Source of the DNA: a virus
Lineage: Duplodnaviria; Caudoviricetes
Strand: one strand, 5' to 3'
IMG/VR virus record: IMGVR_UViG_3300014205_000218
Coordinates: 5,880 to 69,879 of that record
DNA: 64,000 nt
Made by a program: the position numbers and the translations under genes. Numbering within the stretch: position 1 is the first letter of the stretch; every line of letters begins with the position of its first letter. The notes under the pieces are model-generated. The model worked only from the letters and a program-made list of their open reading frames with translations, was not told where the DNA came from and did not search any database. This document shows positions 36,635 through 47,005 of the stretch, piece by piece.

Positions 36635-38908
36635 ATGAATCCTCAACAGTCACAGCAGCCTGACCCGCTGATCGAAGAACTGCGTCCGGACCTGAAGAAG
36701 GTACTCTCCGAACGCGTCGATTGCGAGGCGGCAGAGGAGAAGCAGCGCCAGTTTTCACGGCTGGACAAAGCGGACAACTACTATCGCGGGAATCAGTATC
36801 TTGCCGAGAAGTACAATCCGGAAACCGGCGCCCTTGGCTGGGTGTCCCCCGGCGCGCCGCGCGCGGGCGATTCCGAGACACCGGATGTACTCGACTATGT
36901 AATCGACGTTGTTAAATCGTATGGCCGCAAGTACTACAGCGTTCTCGGAACGCGGCCGTTCCATAACGTCAAGGGCGTTCCCGACGATCCGCAGAACGAA
37001 GACGACCGGGCCGCATCCCGGCAGTACGACCTTACCGCGACGTTTCTGAAATCGAAATGGAACGCTCGCGTGATGAACATCATGGTCTTCTACCACCAGT
37101 GGAAGTCCGGTAATGTTTACGCATTCATCGATCACGTAGCGGACAAGAACCTCTGGGGTGAAACCTCGGAGCCGATTATGGAGGCGGTCCCGACGGAGTT
37201 ATCCCCGGCGGGCTATATCTGCACGTCGTGCGGGCAAAAAACTCCTGCCGGTGAAATTCCGCCGGCCGCTTGCGCCGCGTGCGGCGCGCCGCTGTCGGAT
37301 TTCAATTTCGAGGAAGCGGAAACCGCCGATGTTCCGACGCCGACAGGGGAAGTCCGAAAGTACGCCAACGCTGGCCCGCGGCTCACGCTCTGCACCGGGT
37401 ACCAGGTAACGCTCCCGCAGGACGCACGGACGCTCGATACCGCGCCGTGGATGCTGTACGAGTACGAGGAGCATCCCGGCGCCATACTGCAACTGTACCG
37501 GGAAGAACTGAAAGACAAGGTAGACGAGAACGGCGAAATCAAAACCGATATTGACGGCCAGATTCACGAGCAGGGGCGGCGCTCACGCGCGACTGCGGCG
37601 TCGATCGGCGGCCGCAATTCCAGCGAAGGGAAGAAATCCCGCTGGACGTATAGCCGCTACTGGCTTGCGCCGTTCATGTTCGAGTACATCTCGGACAAGC
37701 AGAAGCGCGCCTCGCTGTACGAGAACTACCCCGATGGCCTGAAAATCACGCGGGTAGAAGGACACATCGTCAAACTCGAAAACGAAGCTATTACGGATTC
37801 ATGGGCGGTGTTTGAGCCGGAGCCGGGCGACTACCTGTACAAAGATCCGGTGTGTTGGGGAATTCTGGGGAACCAGGACATCACCAACGACATGGCGAAC
37901 ATCATGATTTCGATCCTGGAACGGATCTTGCCGTCCATGATCGTAGATCCCGATGTGATCGATATTGACCAACTGGGAGAGCGGAACCACCTCTCGGAAA
38001 TCCTCCCGGCAAAGGCAGGTGTAGGCGCACGGCTTGAGAACGCATTTGCCAAGGTTCCCACGGCATCCTTCCCCGATCATGCGCCACAGATGATGGGGTT
38101 GATCGAGCAGAACCTTCAGTCTCATACCGGCCTGCTGCCAACTGTGTTTGGTGGAGACGTTGGGAAGCAGACGGCGGAAGAAGCCCGGACGAAACTGAAC
38201 CAGGCGTTGAGCCAGTTGGCCGTTCCCGGCGAGTTTACCGGCGTCGGCTGGAAGAACACGCTTGAGATTGCGGTCAAGAAGATCAAGAAATATGGACTGA
38301 AGGCTGGCGCGATCGCCACTGGGAATGGAAACTCGGATCTGTTCGACTTGGGGATTCTGAGTAACGGGAATGCCCACTTCGATAACGAGCCGGGCGTGCC
38401 GATGTCCTGGGGTGAGCGGCGGGATCAGTTGAATCTGATTATCGGCCAGAATCCCGCGATGGCCCACGCGCTCGGGTTAGACGCTCCAAATAATATCGCG
38501 GTATTGCGTGACTTCCTGATGCCGGGGATGGATGAACTTCAGATTCCCGGTGAAGAGCGCCGCGAAAAGATTCTCGAAACAATCCGGGAACTTGTGAAGC
38601 AGCAGCCCGTTGGCGATATGCCGACGATATTGCCGGAGCCGGGTGTAGACGATCCAATGGACGCCGGTCTGGTGCTTGATTGGCTCCGCGGAGACGCGGG
38701 GCGCAAGGCCGCGAGAGAGAACGCGGCTGGCCGTGAGAATGTCCGCTTGTTCGGCATGGCAATGGCGATGCTTCCGCCTCCAATGGGAACACCTCCGCCG
38801 ATGCTGGAACCCGGCCCGGGTGGCCCGGGCGGCCCACCGCCGATGGGGCCGCCTCCGGGTGGCCCGAGTGGCCCCAAGAATGGCCCACCGTCCGCGCCAC
38901 CGATGTAA
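36635..38908 (+). CDS. Portal protein (large, P22-like size) with Pro-rich tail
   Basis: 757 aa, between TerL and scaffold/capsid; DNYYRGNQY start and QTAEEARTKLNQA helix. Confidence 0.8.
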   Translation: MNPQQSQQPDPLIEELRPDLKKVLSERVDCEAAEEKQRQFSRLDKADNYYRGNQYLAEKYNPETGALGWVSPGAPRAGDSETPDVLDYVIDVVKSYGRKYYSVLGTRPFHNVKGVPDDPQNEDDRAASRQYDLTATFLKSKWNARVMNIMVFYHQWKSGNVYAFIDHVADKNLWGETSEPIMEAVPTELSPAGYICTSCGQKTPAGEIPPAACAACGAPLSDFNFEEAETADVPTPTGEVRKYANAGPRLTLCTGYQVTLPQDARTLDTAPWMLYEYEEHPGAILQLYREELKDKVDENGEIKTDIDGQIHEQGRRSRATAASIGGRNSSEGKKSRWTYSRYWLAPFMFEYISDKQKRASLYENYPDGLKITRVEGHIVKLENEAITDSWAVFEPEPGDYLYKDPVCWGILGNQDITNDMANIMISILERILPSMIVDPDVIDIDQLGERNHLSEILPAKAGVGARLENAFAKVPTASFPDHAPQMMGLIEQNLQSHTGLLPTVFGGDVGKQTAEEARTKLNQALSQLAVPGEFTGVGWKNTLEIAVKKIKKYGLKAGAIATGNGNSDLFDLGILSNGNAHFDNEPGVPMSWGERRDQLNLIIGQNPAMAHALGLDAPNNIAVLRDFLMPGMDELQIPGEERREKILETIRELVKQQPVGDMPTILPEPGVDDPMDAGLVLDWLRGDAGRKAARENAAGRENVRLFGMAMAMLPPPMGTPPPMLEPGPGGPGGPPPMGPPPGGPSGPKNGPPSAPPM

Positions 38909-38953
38909 TCCGTAATTTCAACCTTCTGAGAAAGTCAGACCCCTAAAACTTAT

Positions 38954-40258
38954 ATGGCAACACCAGCATCACCGCTGGCCGCTACCGCTGCGGCCGATAC
39001 CAGTTTTGACGCCGCCTTCGATGCCGCGATGGAAACAAGCGCGCCCGCACCGGAAGCGACCGACGATACCGCGGCTGTAGAGGATACGCCGGCGGAAACC
39101 GCGGACCCGGTTGAAGAACCAGCGCCGGTAGAGGAAACCGAGCCGGAACCAGAGGCCACTCCCGAGCCGGCCGCTGAGGAAGACGAGTGGGACGATAACG
39201 GCGAGATCAAGCCGGAGAAAACTTCCGATAACGGCAAGACGCTCCACTTTTCGAAGCAGAAAGCCTCCCGGCTATTAGCCTCTCACGAGTTCCAGCGCAA
39301 GGTGTCCGATTTGGTTCCCGGAGCCACGCCGGAAGATATCGCGCGACATTACGAGTCCGCGGTTTATACGGAACAGATGATGTCCGACTTCGATTCCGCT
39401 GATCCCCAGCGGATGGACAAGTTCGTCAATTTCTGGTTCGGGCCGCAGTCGAATCCCAAGGCCATCGAGTCATTCGGCCAGTCGTTCATTCAGCGCCTTC
39501 CGCACGCCGCGCCGGGCTTGTTCAAGCAGGTGCAAGGGCAGGCGACCCAGGCCGCGATTCAGGGGTTCTACGAGCAGGCGATGCGGACGAAGGATGAAAG
39601 CCTTCTCACGCTCGCACAGAACCTCGATCACAAGCTTAACGGCAAGTATTTGACTGCCGACGATTTCAAGGCCCGCGACCCCTACGCCGAGGAGCGGGCG
39701 AACTTTGAGCGCGAACGCGATGCGTTCAATACCGAGAAGCATCAGAACGCGCAGGCCGCGATTCAGCAGCGCTCGCAGTCCATCTCAAGCGATGTAGACG
39801 CCGTGAAGGCATCCACGATTGAGGCCGCGCTTGATCGCGTGAAGGAACAGTTTAAGGACACCCCGCATTGGAAGAACATGATCCGGGATCTGTCCGAGAA
39901 AGTTGAACAGGCGCTGTCAGCAAACAAGACATGGCAAGTGCAGTTCAACAACCTGAAAGATAGGGCCATTCAAGACACTACCGGCAAATCGGCAGAGGAT
40001 TTGAAGGCCATGATGAAGAACTTCACCCAGAGGACCGTTGAGCCACTCCGAAAGGGCGTGATCGACAGCTACACGGGTGGCGTTCTTAGTGCGAACAAAC
40101 AAGCGCACAAAACAGCAGCAGACGCAGCGGCAAGACGCGAGCCGAACGGTTCACAGGCGCCCGCATCCCGAGCATCGCACCAGCAGCAACTGCAGGAAGC
40201 GCATAAGAAGGGCGGGTTTGACGCAGCCTTTGATCTGGTCAGCCAGCGTATGCGATAG
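38954..40258 (+). CDS. Capsid scaffolding protein
   Basis: Acidic P/E/A-rich N-terminus, helical body, FDAAFD motif at both ends; lies between portal and capsid. Confidence 0.75.
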   Translation: MATPASPLAATAAADTSFDAAFDAAMETSAPAPEATDDTAAVEDTPAETADPVEEPAPVEETEPEPEATPEPAAEEDEWDDNGEIKPEKTSDNGKTLHFSKQKASRLLASHEFQRKVSDLVPGATPEDIARHYESAVYTEQMMSDFDSADPQRMDKFVNFWFGPQSNPKAIESFGQSFIQRLPHAAPGLFKQVQGQATQAAIQGFYEQAMRTKDESLLTLAQNLDHKLNGKYLTADDFKARDPYAEERANFERERDAFNTEKHQNAQAAIQQRSQSISSDVDAVKASTIEAALDRVKEQFKDTPHWKNMIRDLSEKVEQALSANKTWQVQFNNLKDRAIQDTTGKSAEDLKAMMKNFTQRTVEPLRKGVIDSYTGGVLSANKQAHKTAADAAARREPNGSQAPASRASHQQQLQEAHKKGGFDAAFDLVSQRMR

Positions 40259-40291
40259 CCGCAACAAATTCAACCAGGAGAGCCAATCATC

Positions 40292-41587
40292 ATGGCACAG
40301 ACAATCGCTGACGTTTATTCCTCCAACATGGAGACTGTCCGCAAGGATCTGCCGACCCTCTACGAGATGGCGGCCGAGAACACTGTTTACGCAAAACTAA
40401 AGAAGGGCTCCGAGTCCATTCAGATCGTCAAGACTCCCAACGGCCAGGATTTCCGCATCCCGGTTGAGACTCAGCCTCCGGGCTACGTCGCGACCGCATC
40501 GCTGGACGGTGGAGCATTGCCGACTGGCTCTGCGACCGCCACGCAGCAGATGTATCAGACGTACTTCCCGCTGTTTTTCGGCGTGGATATCGGCGCTGGC
40601 TCCATCTGGAACACGGCTGCCGATAAGGCGACCACGAACCAGTGGAAAAACAACTTGAAGAAAGCTCTCCCGGCGTTCAAGCGCCAGGCGGATGCCTCGT
40701 TCTTCAATATCAGTTCTGGGAACCAGGGCCTGATGGCACTGTCCACGGCGTACGATACCGGCAATTTCACGCTGGACTCGGAATACGGCGCGAACCTTTG
40801 TCAGGTAGGACAGCGCGTCGAGATTTTCTCGAACGATCTTGGCACAAATCGAACCTCGGCCGTTCCGTCGAATCTGCCTTACATTGACCGGATCACGCGC
40901 GACGGGGCGACAGTTCACGTGACTAATCTCGGCGGTATCACTCCGGGGAATGACGACTACCTCCTGTTCTCCGGCGCAGGTGGTACCGGCACGTCGTTGA
41001 GCTGGGTGAACGGCATCAACTACTTCCACAACGAAAGCACTTCGGGTTCTCTGCTTGGGCTGTCCAAGACCAACTACCCTGAAATTCTGCCAAACACGGT
41101 GGATGCGGCCGGCTCCCTTGTTCCAACTCACGGACTTCTTCTGAACACGAAGATTCGCGTGCGCCAAGGTAGCGCCCCGAGCAAGTTGTTCGGCGTGATC
41201 CACCCGGCGCAGGCTGCGCAGATTTACACGACCGGCATTGCCATCTCGGAGTGGCAGCGCGGTACTTCCGACAAGATGATCGACATCATGCCTTCGGATA
41301 TCAACGACGACATGATCCGGTGGTGCGGTGTTTCTCACTTGAAGAGCACGCACCAGTCCAAAAAGCGCGTTGACTGGCTGGACCTGAACAACTGGGGCCG
41401 GGTGTATCTGAAGGAAATGGACTTCATGATCGGACCCGACGGCCGGAAGTTCTTCGAGGGCCGCAACGGCGACGGAGCGGTGACCCTGCACTGGCAGTAT
41501 TGGCTGATGGTCATCGAGAACTTCTTCTGCTCCAATCCGGCCACCGGCGGTTTCGTGTACAACGCTTCGATCCCGACTGGGTTCTAA
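40292..41587 (+). CDS. Major capsid protein
   Basis: 431 aa after the scaffold, AGGAG RBS, followed by a strong terminator. Confidence 0.8.
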   Translation: MAQTIADVYSSNMETVRKDLPTLYEMAAENTVYAKLKKGSESIQIVKTPNGQDFRIPVETQPPGYVATASLDGGALPTGSATATQQMYQTYFPLFFGVDIGAGSIWNTAADKATTNQWKNNLKKALPAFKRQADASFFNISSGNQGLMALSTAYDTGNFTLDSEYGANLCQVGQRVEIFSNDLGTNRTSAVPSNLPYIDRITRDGATVHVTNLGGITPGNDDYLLFSGAGGTGTSLSWVNGINYFHNESTSGSLLGLSKTNYPEILPNTVDAAGSLVPTHGLLLNTKIRVRQGSAPSKLFGVIHPAQAAQIYTTGIAISEWQRGTSDKMIDIMPSDINDDMIRWCGVSHLKSTHQSKKRVDWLDLNNWGRVYLKEMDFMIGPDGRKFFEGRNGDGAVTLHWQYWLMVIENFFCSNPATGGFVYNASIPTGF

Positions 41588-41610
41588 TCCTTTCTCCCTC
41601 CGATGACCTA

Positions 41611-41639
41611 GCGGGCGGTTCACGCCGCCCGCCTTTTTC
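41611..41639 (+). terminator. Rho-independent terminator
   Basis: GCGGGCGG/CCGCCCGC stem followed by CTTTTTC. Confidence 0.85.
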
Positions 41640-42204
41640 ACGCACGCACACCACTATGCAAACAACCGAACTGGCCCGGCTGAACCGGATCTTAGGCGAT
41701 AGCCTCGGCCGCAACCCGCAAGGCGAACCGATCTACATGTGGATCTGGTCTCGCGATCTGAAGTTTCCGATTCGCTCCAGCAATGACATGGTGGAGCGGA
41801 ACGGGCTAATCGTCTTCGAGCCGCAGTACACATGGGAGCCGCAAGTAACCGGCGATTGCTGGCTGCTTGCCAAGTGGCTTTTGCCTGGCGAGCCGGATGT
41901 GTGGCTGGCGGCCTTCGGTACTGAGGTTCCGTTTCCTCAGCATGGGCTGTTCTACGTCACGGACGTGATGTTGAGGCCCGGCATTGAGCCTAACGAGGCC
42001 GTTACCTACGACACGATCGGCAAGGTTCAACACCTACGCAGCCTCACGGTTTCGCAGGTTCTCGAAACTCAACAAATCAAGATGGACCGCAATGAACAAC
42101 GGTCAGATGATCGCGTTGCGGATTGGATTGCAGATAAGGCGGTCGCCTTCGGGAATGTCCCCGGCAAGCGGGGCGGCCAGGTTTCTTTCGGAGGCATCTA
42201 ACTT

Positions 42205-42912
42205 ATGCAGAAAACAATTTGCTCAATCTTTTTCCAGCCGTTGAAGGCGAACCGGCCGTTCGCCAAGCGTCCCGACGGCGGGTACAATTCCAGGTTCACT
42301 ATCGCGGCCGCAGAGCCCGGTGAGTATCAAACGCTTGTCGTGAATGACGTTCACGAAATGCAGAGCAACGGATCTCAGCAGAGGTTCCAGACTCCAGTAT
42401 TCGCCGATGCTCTCGCTGCGGATCTTGTTTCTCAATGGCGCGATAACAAGATCGCGGGCGAGTATGGGCGCCCGGGGGTTTTCGTTTGTGCTGGCGATGC
42501 GCCGACGCCCGAAGAACTGACGCGCGAGCGATTCATCCAAGATACGTGGTGCGAAAAGCTCTGCAACGAAGCAGAGAGTCATTGGGTGAAAGGGGACCGC
42601 GGGCTGGTCAGCGAACTTCACCGATCGGCCGCGAAGTACCTGGGCCGCGAGTCTTACGAGTGGGTTCATGCGGTTGGCATGGTGAAATTGGTCGCCTGCC
42701 CGATTTGCGCCGTGAAGGTTGATTCGACGGCGATCATCTGCAAGGAATGCGGAAACCCGATCGACCTCGATCGCTGGATTCAGTACCAGCACCGACGGTC
42801 TGAGGCAGAGGCGAAGCTCGCAGAGTTGAAGGCCAAGATAGCCATCTCGGCCCCACCTCCACCCGCCATCCCCGCGCCGCCTCCACCTGTAAACGCAAAC
42901 GCACGACGGTAA
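42205..42912 (+). CDS. Hypothetical protein with C-terminal Zn ribbon
   Basis: CPICA...CKECG motif. Confidence 0.55.
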   Translation: MQKTICSIFFQPLKANRPFAKRPDGGYNSRFTIAAAEPGEYQTLVVNDVHEMQSNGSQQRFQTPVFADALAADLVSQWRDNKIAGEYGRPGVFVCAGDAPTPEELTRERFIQDTWCEKLCNEAESHWVKGDRGLVSELHRSAAKYLGRESYEWVHAVGMVKLVACPICAVKVDSTAIICKECGNPIDLDRWIQYQHRRSEAEAKLAELKAKIAISAPPPPAIPAPPPPVNANARR

Positions 42913-42927
42913 CCGGCTCCGAACCCC

Positions 42928-43617
42928 ATGGCACTAGCAACCGTAGCGGAAGTGAATTCGGACGTAGGGTCTCTTCTCGGAGACCCTGACCTCGAAAAAT
43001 ACACAGCCGCGTACCAACTCCCGTTCTTCCGCATGGCCTACGAAACCGTCTGGGGCGTGATTATGAATCACAACCTCCAGACAGCGAAGCGGGAAGTCAC
43101 TCACACGCTCACGGCGGGCACGACAAGCCTGACTCCGGCCACCGCCTCCATCAGCGACATGGGGGAGCCGGAGAAGCTATGGGAGCGCGCCGGATCGCCT
43201 GATGACTGGCTGATGATGTTCCCGAAGGACGATCTCAGCAACTTCACGGCAACCGACAATCTTCTGTTCTGGAAATGGGAAGGCGACACCTTCTATTTCA
43301 TCGGAGCGACGGGCAACCGGCAATTGAAGATCGAGTATCTGTCTTCTGGATCGGCCCCAACCACGGGGACGATTCCGATTGATGGCGCGCGAACCGTGCT
43401 GGGATTTATTACCGCGGCGTACATCGCGAATACGCCCCTCGGTGGACAACCACAACTTGCGAGCGCACTGTTTGCTTTAGCATATGGCCCGTCAATGGGA
43501 CCAGATGCTACTGGCGGCGCGCTGAGGCTCCTTATCAACCCAATGATTAAGGAACGCCAGAAGCGCCCCATCAAGATTCCAACGTTCCGGCCCCGCCGCA
43601 CTTGGCGCGGCCAATAG
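42928..43617 (+). CDS. Putative head-tail adaptor
   Basis: Position and size after the capsid; inference only. Confidence 0.45.
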   Translation: MALATVAEVNSDVGSLLGDPDLEKYTAAYQLPFFRMAYETVWGVIMNHNLQTAKREVTHTLTAGTTSLTPATASISDMGEPEKLWERAGSPDDWLMMFPKDDLSNFTATDNLLFWKWEGDTFYFIGATGNRQLKIEYLSSGSAPTTGTIPIDGARTVLGFITAAYIANTPLGGQPQLASALFALAYGPSMGPDATGGALRLLINPMIKERQKRPIKIPTFRPRRTWRGQ

Positions 43618-43672
43618 CAGTTCAATCCCAACCATTACGCCCTGCCCCGGGCGGCTTTAAAAGGAGAAGCCA

Positions 43673-44992
43673 ATGGCTAATAGAGTAGACAGTTTTATGG
43701 GCGCGACTCGCGCTCTTTTCGTGAAGCGTTTCGGCCTGAGCAATGAGACGCCGACCGATTACGGTATCGACAACAACACTGCGCTGATGAGCCGGAATGC
43801 CGCTGGGACGGCAGACCTTGAGATTGCTCGCTATGACGAGGAGGATAACCTTCTGGTTGGCGGCGCATACGCCAGGAAGCCGATGCGCATCCCGTGCATC
43901 TTTAAAGCGGTTGCGAATGCGGCTGTCGCGACAACGCGCTTTCACATTTTCAACTACAGCGGCACGATCACAAAAATTACTGAGATTCACGGCACGAAAG
44001 GCACCGCCGGAACCGCTGTGACTGGCACGGTGACGAAAGAATCGAGCGGGCAGGCTCCGGGCGCGGGTGTTTCGGTGATGACGGGCTCTTTCAATATGAA
44101 GGGCGATGACAACACCGAACAGACCGCCACTCTTTCTTCGGCAGTAAATAACGCTGGCGCGAGCGTACTACGGTTCAACGCCGGAGATATGCTGTCCTTC
44201 AAGCTCACCGGCGCGAATACTTCGCTCGCCGGAGTGCTGTTGATGGTTTGGGTTCAGCCGGATGTCCCAGCGCTGGATTTCTCGTTCTATTCGGCGGCGG
44301 TGACTTCCCAGGACCAGGCGTTCTTCATCGCGAACCGGCAGTATCCGATCCGCGCGATTCGCTATGTCCATGCCACCGCGGAAGAGACTGATACCACGTC
44401 CAATGTCCAGGTATCGGTGGATGACGGCACTGAAGCGCCGGGCGCGGGAACCAATCTACTGACGAACGACGGGAACGCCGGGTTCGACCTGAACGCGACC
44501 GCAAACGTTCCACAGGTAGGTGTGTTCGCGGCCACAAAACTGGTGGCCGGGGATCGGGTCTCCCTTGACTTCGACGCGGCGAACACCGAGGGCGCGGGTG
44601 TTTGCGTCACGGTCACAGTGTTTCCGCAAGCGGATCGGCTGGAGATCCCATTCTGGCTATATGCTCCGGCGGCTACGGACGCGTGGTTCTTCTCGGCAGA
44701 CCGGGATTATGAAATCTGGGATGGCCGTCAGGTACATGCGGTAGCGGCAGGTGGCACATCCACGGCTAATATCGAGAAGGCCTCCGGGACCACAAACGCC
44801 AGCGGTGGCACAGCTACCCTCGGTACTGCGTGGGACCTCAACGCCACTGCAAACACTGTGCAGGTGTTGGCTCCTGTGACCGTGAAGGCAACACTCTTGC
44901 TCGCGGCAGCCGACCGGCTTGCTATTGACTACGCCCATGCCGTGCAATCGACGGCTGGCGTCTGTCAGACTATCTCCCTCCTCGCCCGGTAA
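43673..44992 (+). CDS. Structural protein with three internal repeated domains
   Basis: Three segments of pattern F-[IS]-x-[ND]-x-x-Y/G-x-I...H...G. Confidence 0.55.
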   Translation: MANRVDSFMGATRALFVKRFGLSNETPTDYGIDNNTALMSRNAAGTADLEIARYDEEDNLLVGGAYARKPMRIPCIFKAVANAAVATTRFHIFNYSGTITKITEIHGTKGTAGTAVTGTVTKESSGQAPGAGVSVMTGSFNMKGDDNTEQTATLSSAVNNAGASVLRFNAGDMLSFKLTGANTSLAGVLLMVWVQPDVPALDFSFYSAAVTSQDQAFFIANRQYPIRAIRYVHATAEETDTTSNVQVSVDDGTEAPGAGTNLLTNDGNAGFDLNATANVPQVGVFAATKLVAGDRVSLDFDAANTEGAGVCVTVTVFPQADRLEIPFWLYAPAATDAWFFSADRDYEIWDGRQVHAVAAGGTSTANIEKASGTTNASGGTATLGTAWDLNATANTVQVLAPVTVKATLLLAAADRLAIDYAHAVQSTAGVCQTISLLAR

Positions 44993-45007
44993 TCGTCCGT
45001 TCATACA

Positions 45008-45035
45008 GGGGTGCGCTTTCAGGCGCACCCCTTTT
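45008..45035 (+). terminator. Rho-independent terminator
   Basis: GGGGTGCGC/GCGCACCCC stem followed by TTTT. Confidence 0.85.
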
Positions 45036-45049
45036 GCTTCGTCAAACTC

Positions 45050-47002
45050 ATGGCTATTTCCGAATACAAGCTATCGGCTACGACCGACTTCAGAGGGCCG
45101 CGTCTTCGTCGGGAAGATACCGATTTGCCTTCGGACTCGGCGCGAGAGTCCGTGAATATCGAGTATGAGAACGGGAACTTTCGGACGCGCTATGGGTTTG
45201 GTGAAGTATGGAATCCGAATGAAGCCATCGCCACAATGTTCAATTGGCAGAAAGGGAATGATGCCCTTGCTGCCAACGGCAACTATCTCATCTATTACAA
45301 CCCGGTAAACGGCAATGTCAGGTATGTTCCAGGGCTAACTACCCCGTTCACACCGGCCACATTATTTAATGCAGTCGGCGGTTATGGCGCGGTCCATGCG
45401 AGCGCAGGAACAAGGCTATACACGTCTGTTTTCAACACTGCCGGAGAAGGGCATACGGAATGCCAGGTTTCGGATGGTTTCGACAGTACAGGGGTGGTCT
45501 CTAGCCATAAGGCGTTTCCGGCTCCCATGTCCACCGCGCCAAGTCTTAGCGCGCCTGGGGCTGGGTTCGTTACGGCGGGATTTCACCGGGTTGGATATTA
45601 CATCCTTTCTCGGAGTGGTCATCGTGGGAAGTTAGCGCCGTTCAGTAGTGGCGTATTTGCTCCAGCGACATTTACCAGTACGGGGACAGGGAACATTCAG
45701 TTCTCACTCACGGCGACTTGGCCCGCCGACGCGGTTTCTGTTTGGGTGGTGATGACCACCGCGAGCAACCTAAATCGTTATATTGCGGTCCCAGGCGCGA
45801 CAGCAGCCGTGACTGGCGGTGCAAATAGCACAGTCACGATTACTATTTCCATCACGGACGATGATCTGCTTTCCACTGGAACGGAAGTCACTGATTATCA
45901 GTTGTGGATGACGCAGAACGGCGCAGGTAGCGGGCCATTCAAGCCGTCTCATGTATTCGAGGTGGGTCAGCGGATGGGTTACCTGACCACTATTGCCGGT
46001 ATCTCTCAGGTCTATATCAGCGAGTTCGATCAGTACCAACAGATCACGGCGGATCAACACCTCATAGAACTCCCAGGCCAGCGCAAGATTGTGGCCCCAA
46101 TGGTGATGCCGGATGGGACTGTTTACCTTCTCGGCCCAAGTTGGACGTATGCCACACGCGACACCGGCGAACGCCCGGTGCTTTGGCCTACGCCGCGATT
46201 GGTTGATGGCCGCATCGGAACCATGTCTCCTACAGGTGTAGTAGTTAACGCATCGCGCGGTTTGGCGTGGATCGCCGATCAGGGCGGCCTGTATGTTTTC
46301 GCAGACGGCCAGTACTCGGAAAAGCCTATCTCGCAAGAGGTTGAATCGGACTGGCAGCGGATCAATTGGGCTTACGCCTACGAAGTGAAGGTTAAGGACG
46401 ACAAGGACCACAACCGGGTTCTAGTCTCGGCTCCGATTGATAACTCGACTGCGGCGAACGCCATTTTTGTTTTCGACTATACCGACGGCATTAAGCCGGA
46501 AGCGATTCGGTACTCATTCTGGACGATCGACAACTATTTCCACGCGGCGCTCGAAACAGTCTACAACCCGGTAACGAAGAAACGCGAAGTCTGGGTAGGA
46601 TCGGCGACAACTGGCGGTGAAGAAATTACCGGAAAGGTTTTAAGGCAGAAGAACGGGGAGGACGACGCCAACCCGTACAACGATGACGGCAACGGGATTT
46701 CCTGGATTTATGAGACGGCTCCGTTTCCATCACATCCCATCGGCGTTAACGCTCACCACATGGTTCGTATGCGCGCCAAAGGGACTGGAACCGCATCGTT
46801 ATTGATCCGCCGGCAGGATCAGGTGTCATCGGCTGGGCCTTACACGTTGGTTTTGAGCGAGTCTCCAAACAACGACATGAAGAAGCAGTTCTACCTGAAG
46901 AACACGCCATCGGTAACGTATCGTTTCACGGGGAATTCGGCAGACGCATACTTGCAGCTATCAAAACTGGAAAGCTACTGGACCGCGTTTTCTGGGCTGT
47001 AA
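45050..47002 (+). CDS. Putative tail hub/stabilisation protein (P22 gp10-like)
   Basis: 650-aa beta-rich ORF (SPTGVVV...GLAWIADQGGLYVF, propeller-like) in podovirus tail position. Confidence 0.55.
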   Translation: MAISEYKLSATTDFRGPRLRREDTDLPSDSARESVNIEYENGNFRTRYGFGEVWNPNEAIATMFNWQKGNDALAANGNYLIYYNPVNGNVRYVPGLTTPFTPATLFNAVGGYGAVHASAGTRLYTSVFNTAGEGHTECQVSDGFDSTGVVSSHKAFPAPMSTAPSLSAPGAGFVTAGFHRVGYYILSRSGHRGKLAPFSSGVFAPATFTSTGTGNIQFSLTATWPADAVSVWVVMTTASNLNRYIAVPGATAAVTGGANSTVTITISITDDDLLSTGTEVTDYQLWMTQNGAGSGPFKPSHVFEVGQRMGYLTTIAGISQVYISEFDQYQQITADQHLIELPGQRKIVAPMVMPDGTVYLLGPSWTYATRDTGERPVLWPTPRLVDGRIGTMSPTGVVVNASRGLAWIADQGGLYVFADGQYSEKPISQEVESDWQRINWAYAYEVKVKDDKDHNRVLVSAPIDNSTAANAIFVFDYTDGIKPEAIRYSFWTIDNYFHAALETVYNPVTKKREVWVGSATTGGEEITGKVLRQKNGEDDANPYNDDGNGISWIYETAPFPSHPIGVNAHHMVRMRAKGTGTASLLIRRQDQVSSAGPYTLVLSESPNNDMKKQFYLKNTPSVTYRFTGNSADAYLQLSKLESYWTAFSGL

Positions 47003-47005
47003 CCC

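Noticed and set aside
38760-38908. GC-rich repeats at the portal 3' end
   Set aside because: Explained by the Pro/Gly-rich C-terminal coding tail.
40397-41641. 414-aa minus-strand ORF
   Set aside because: Antisense shadow of the major capsid gene in GC-rich DNA.
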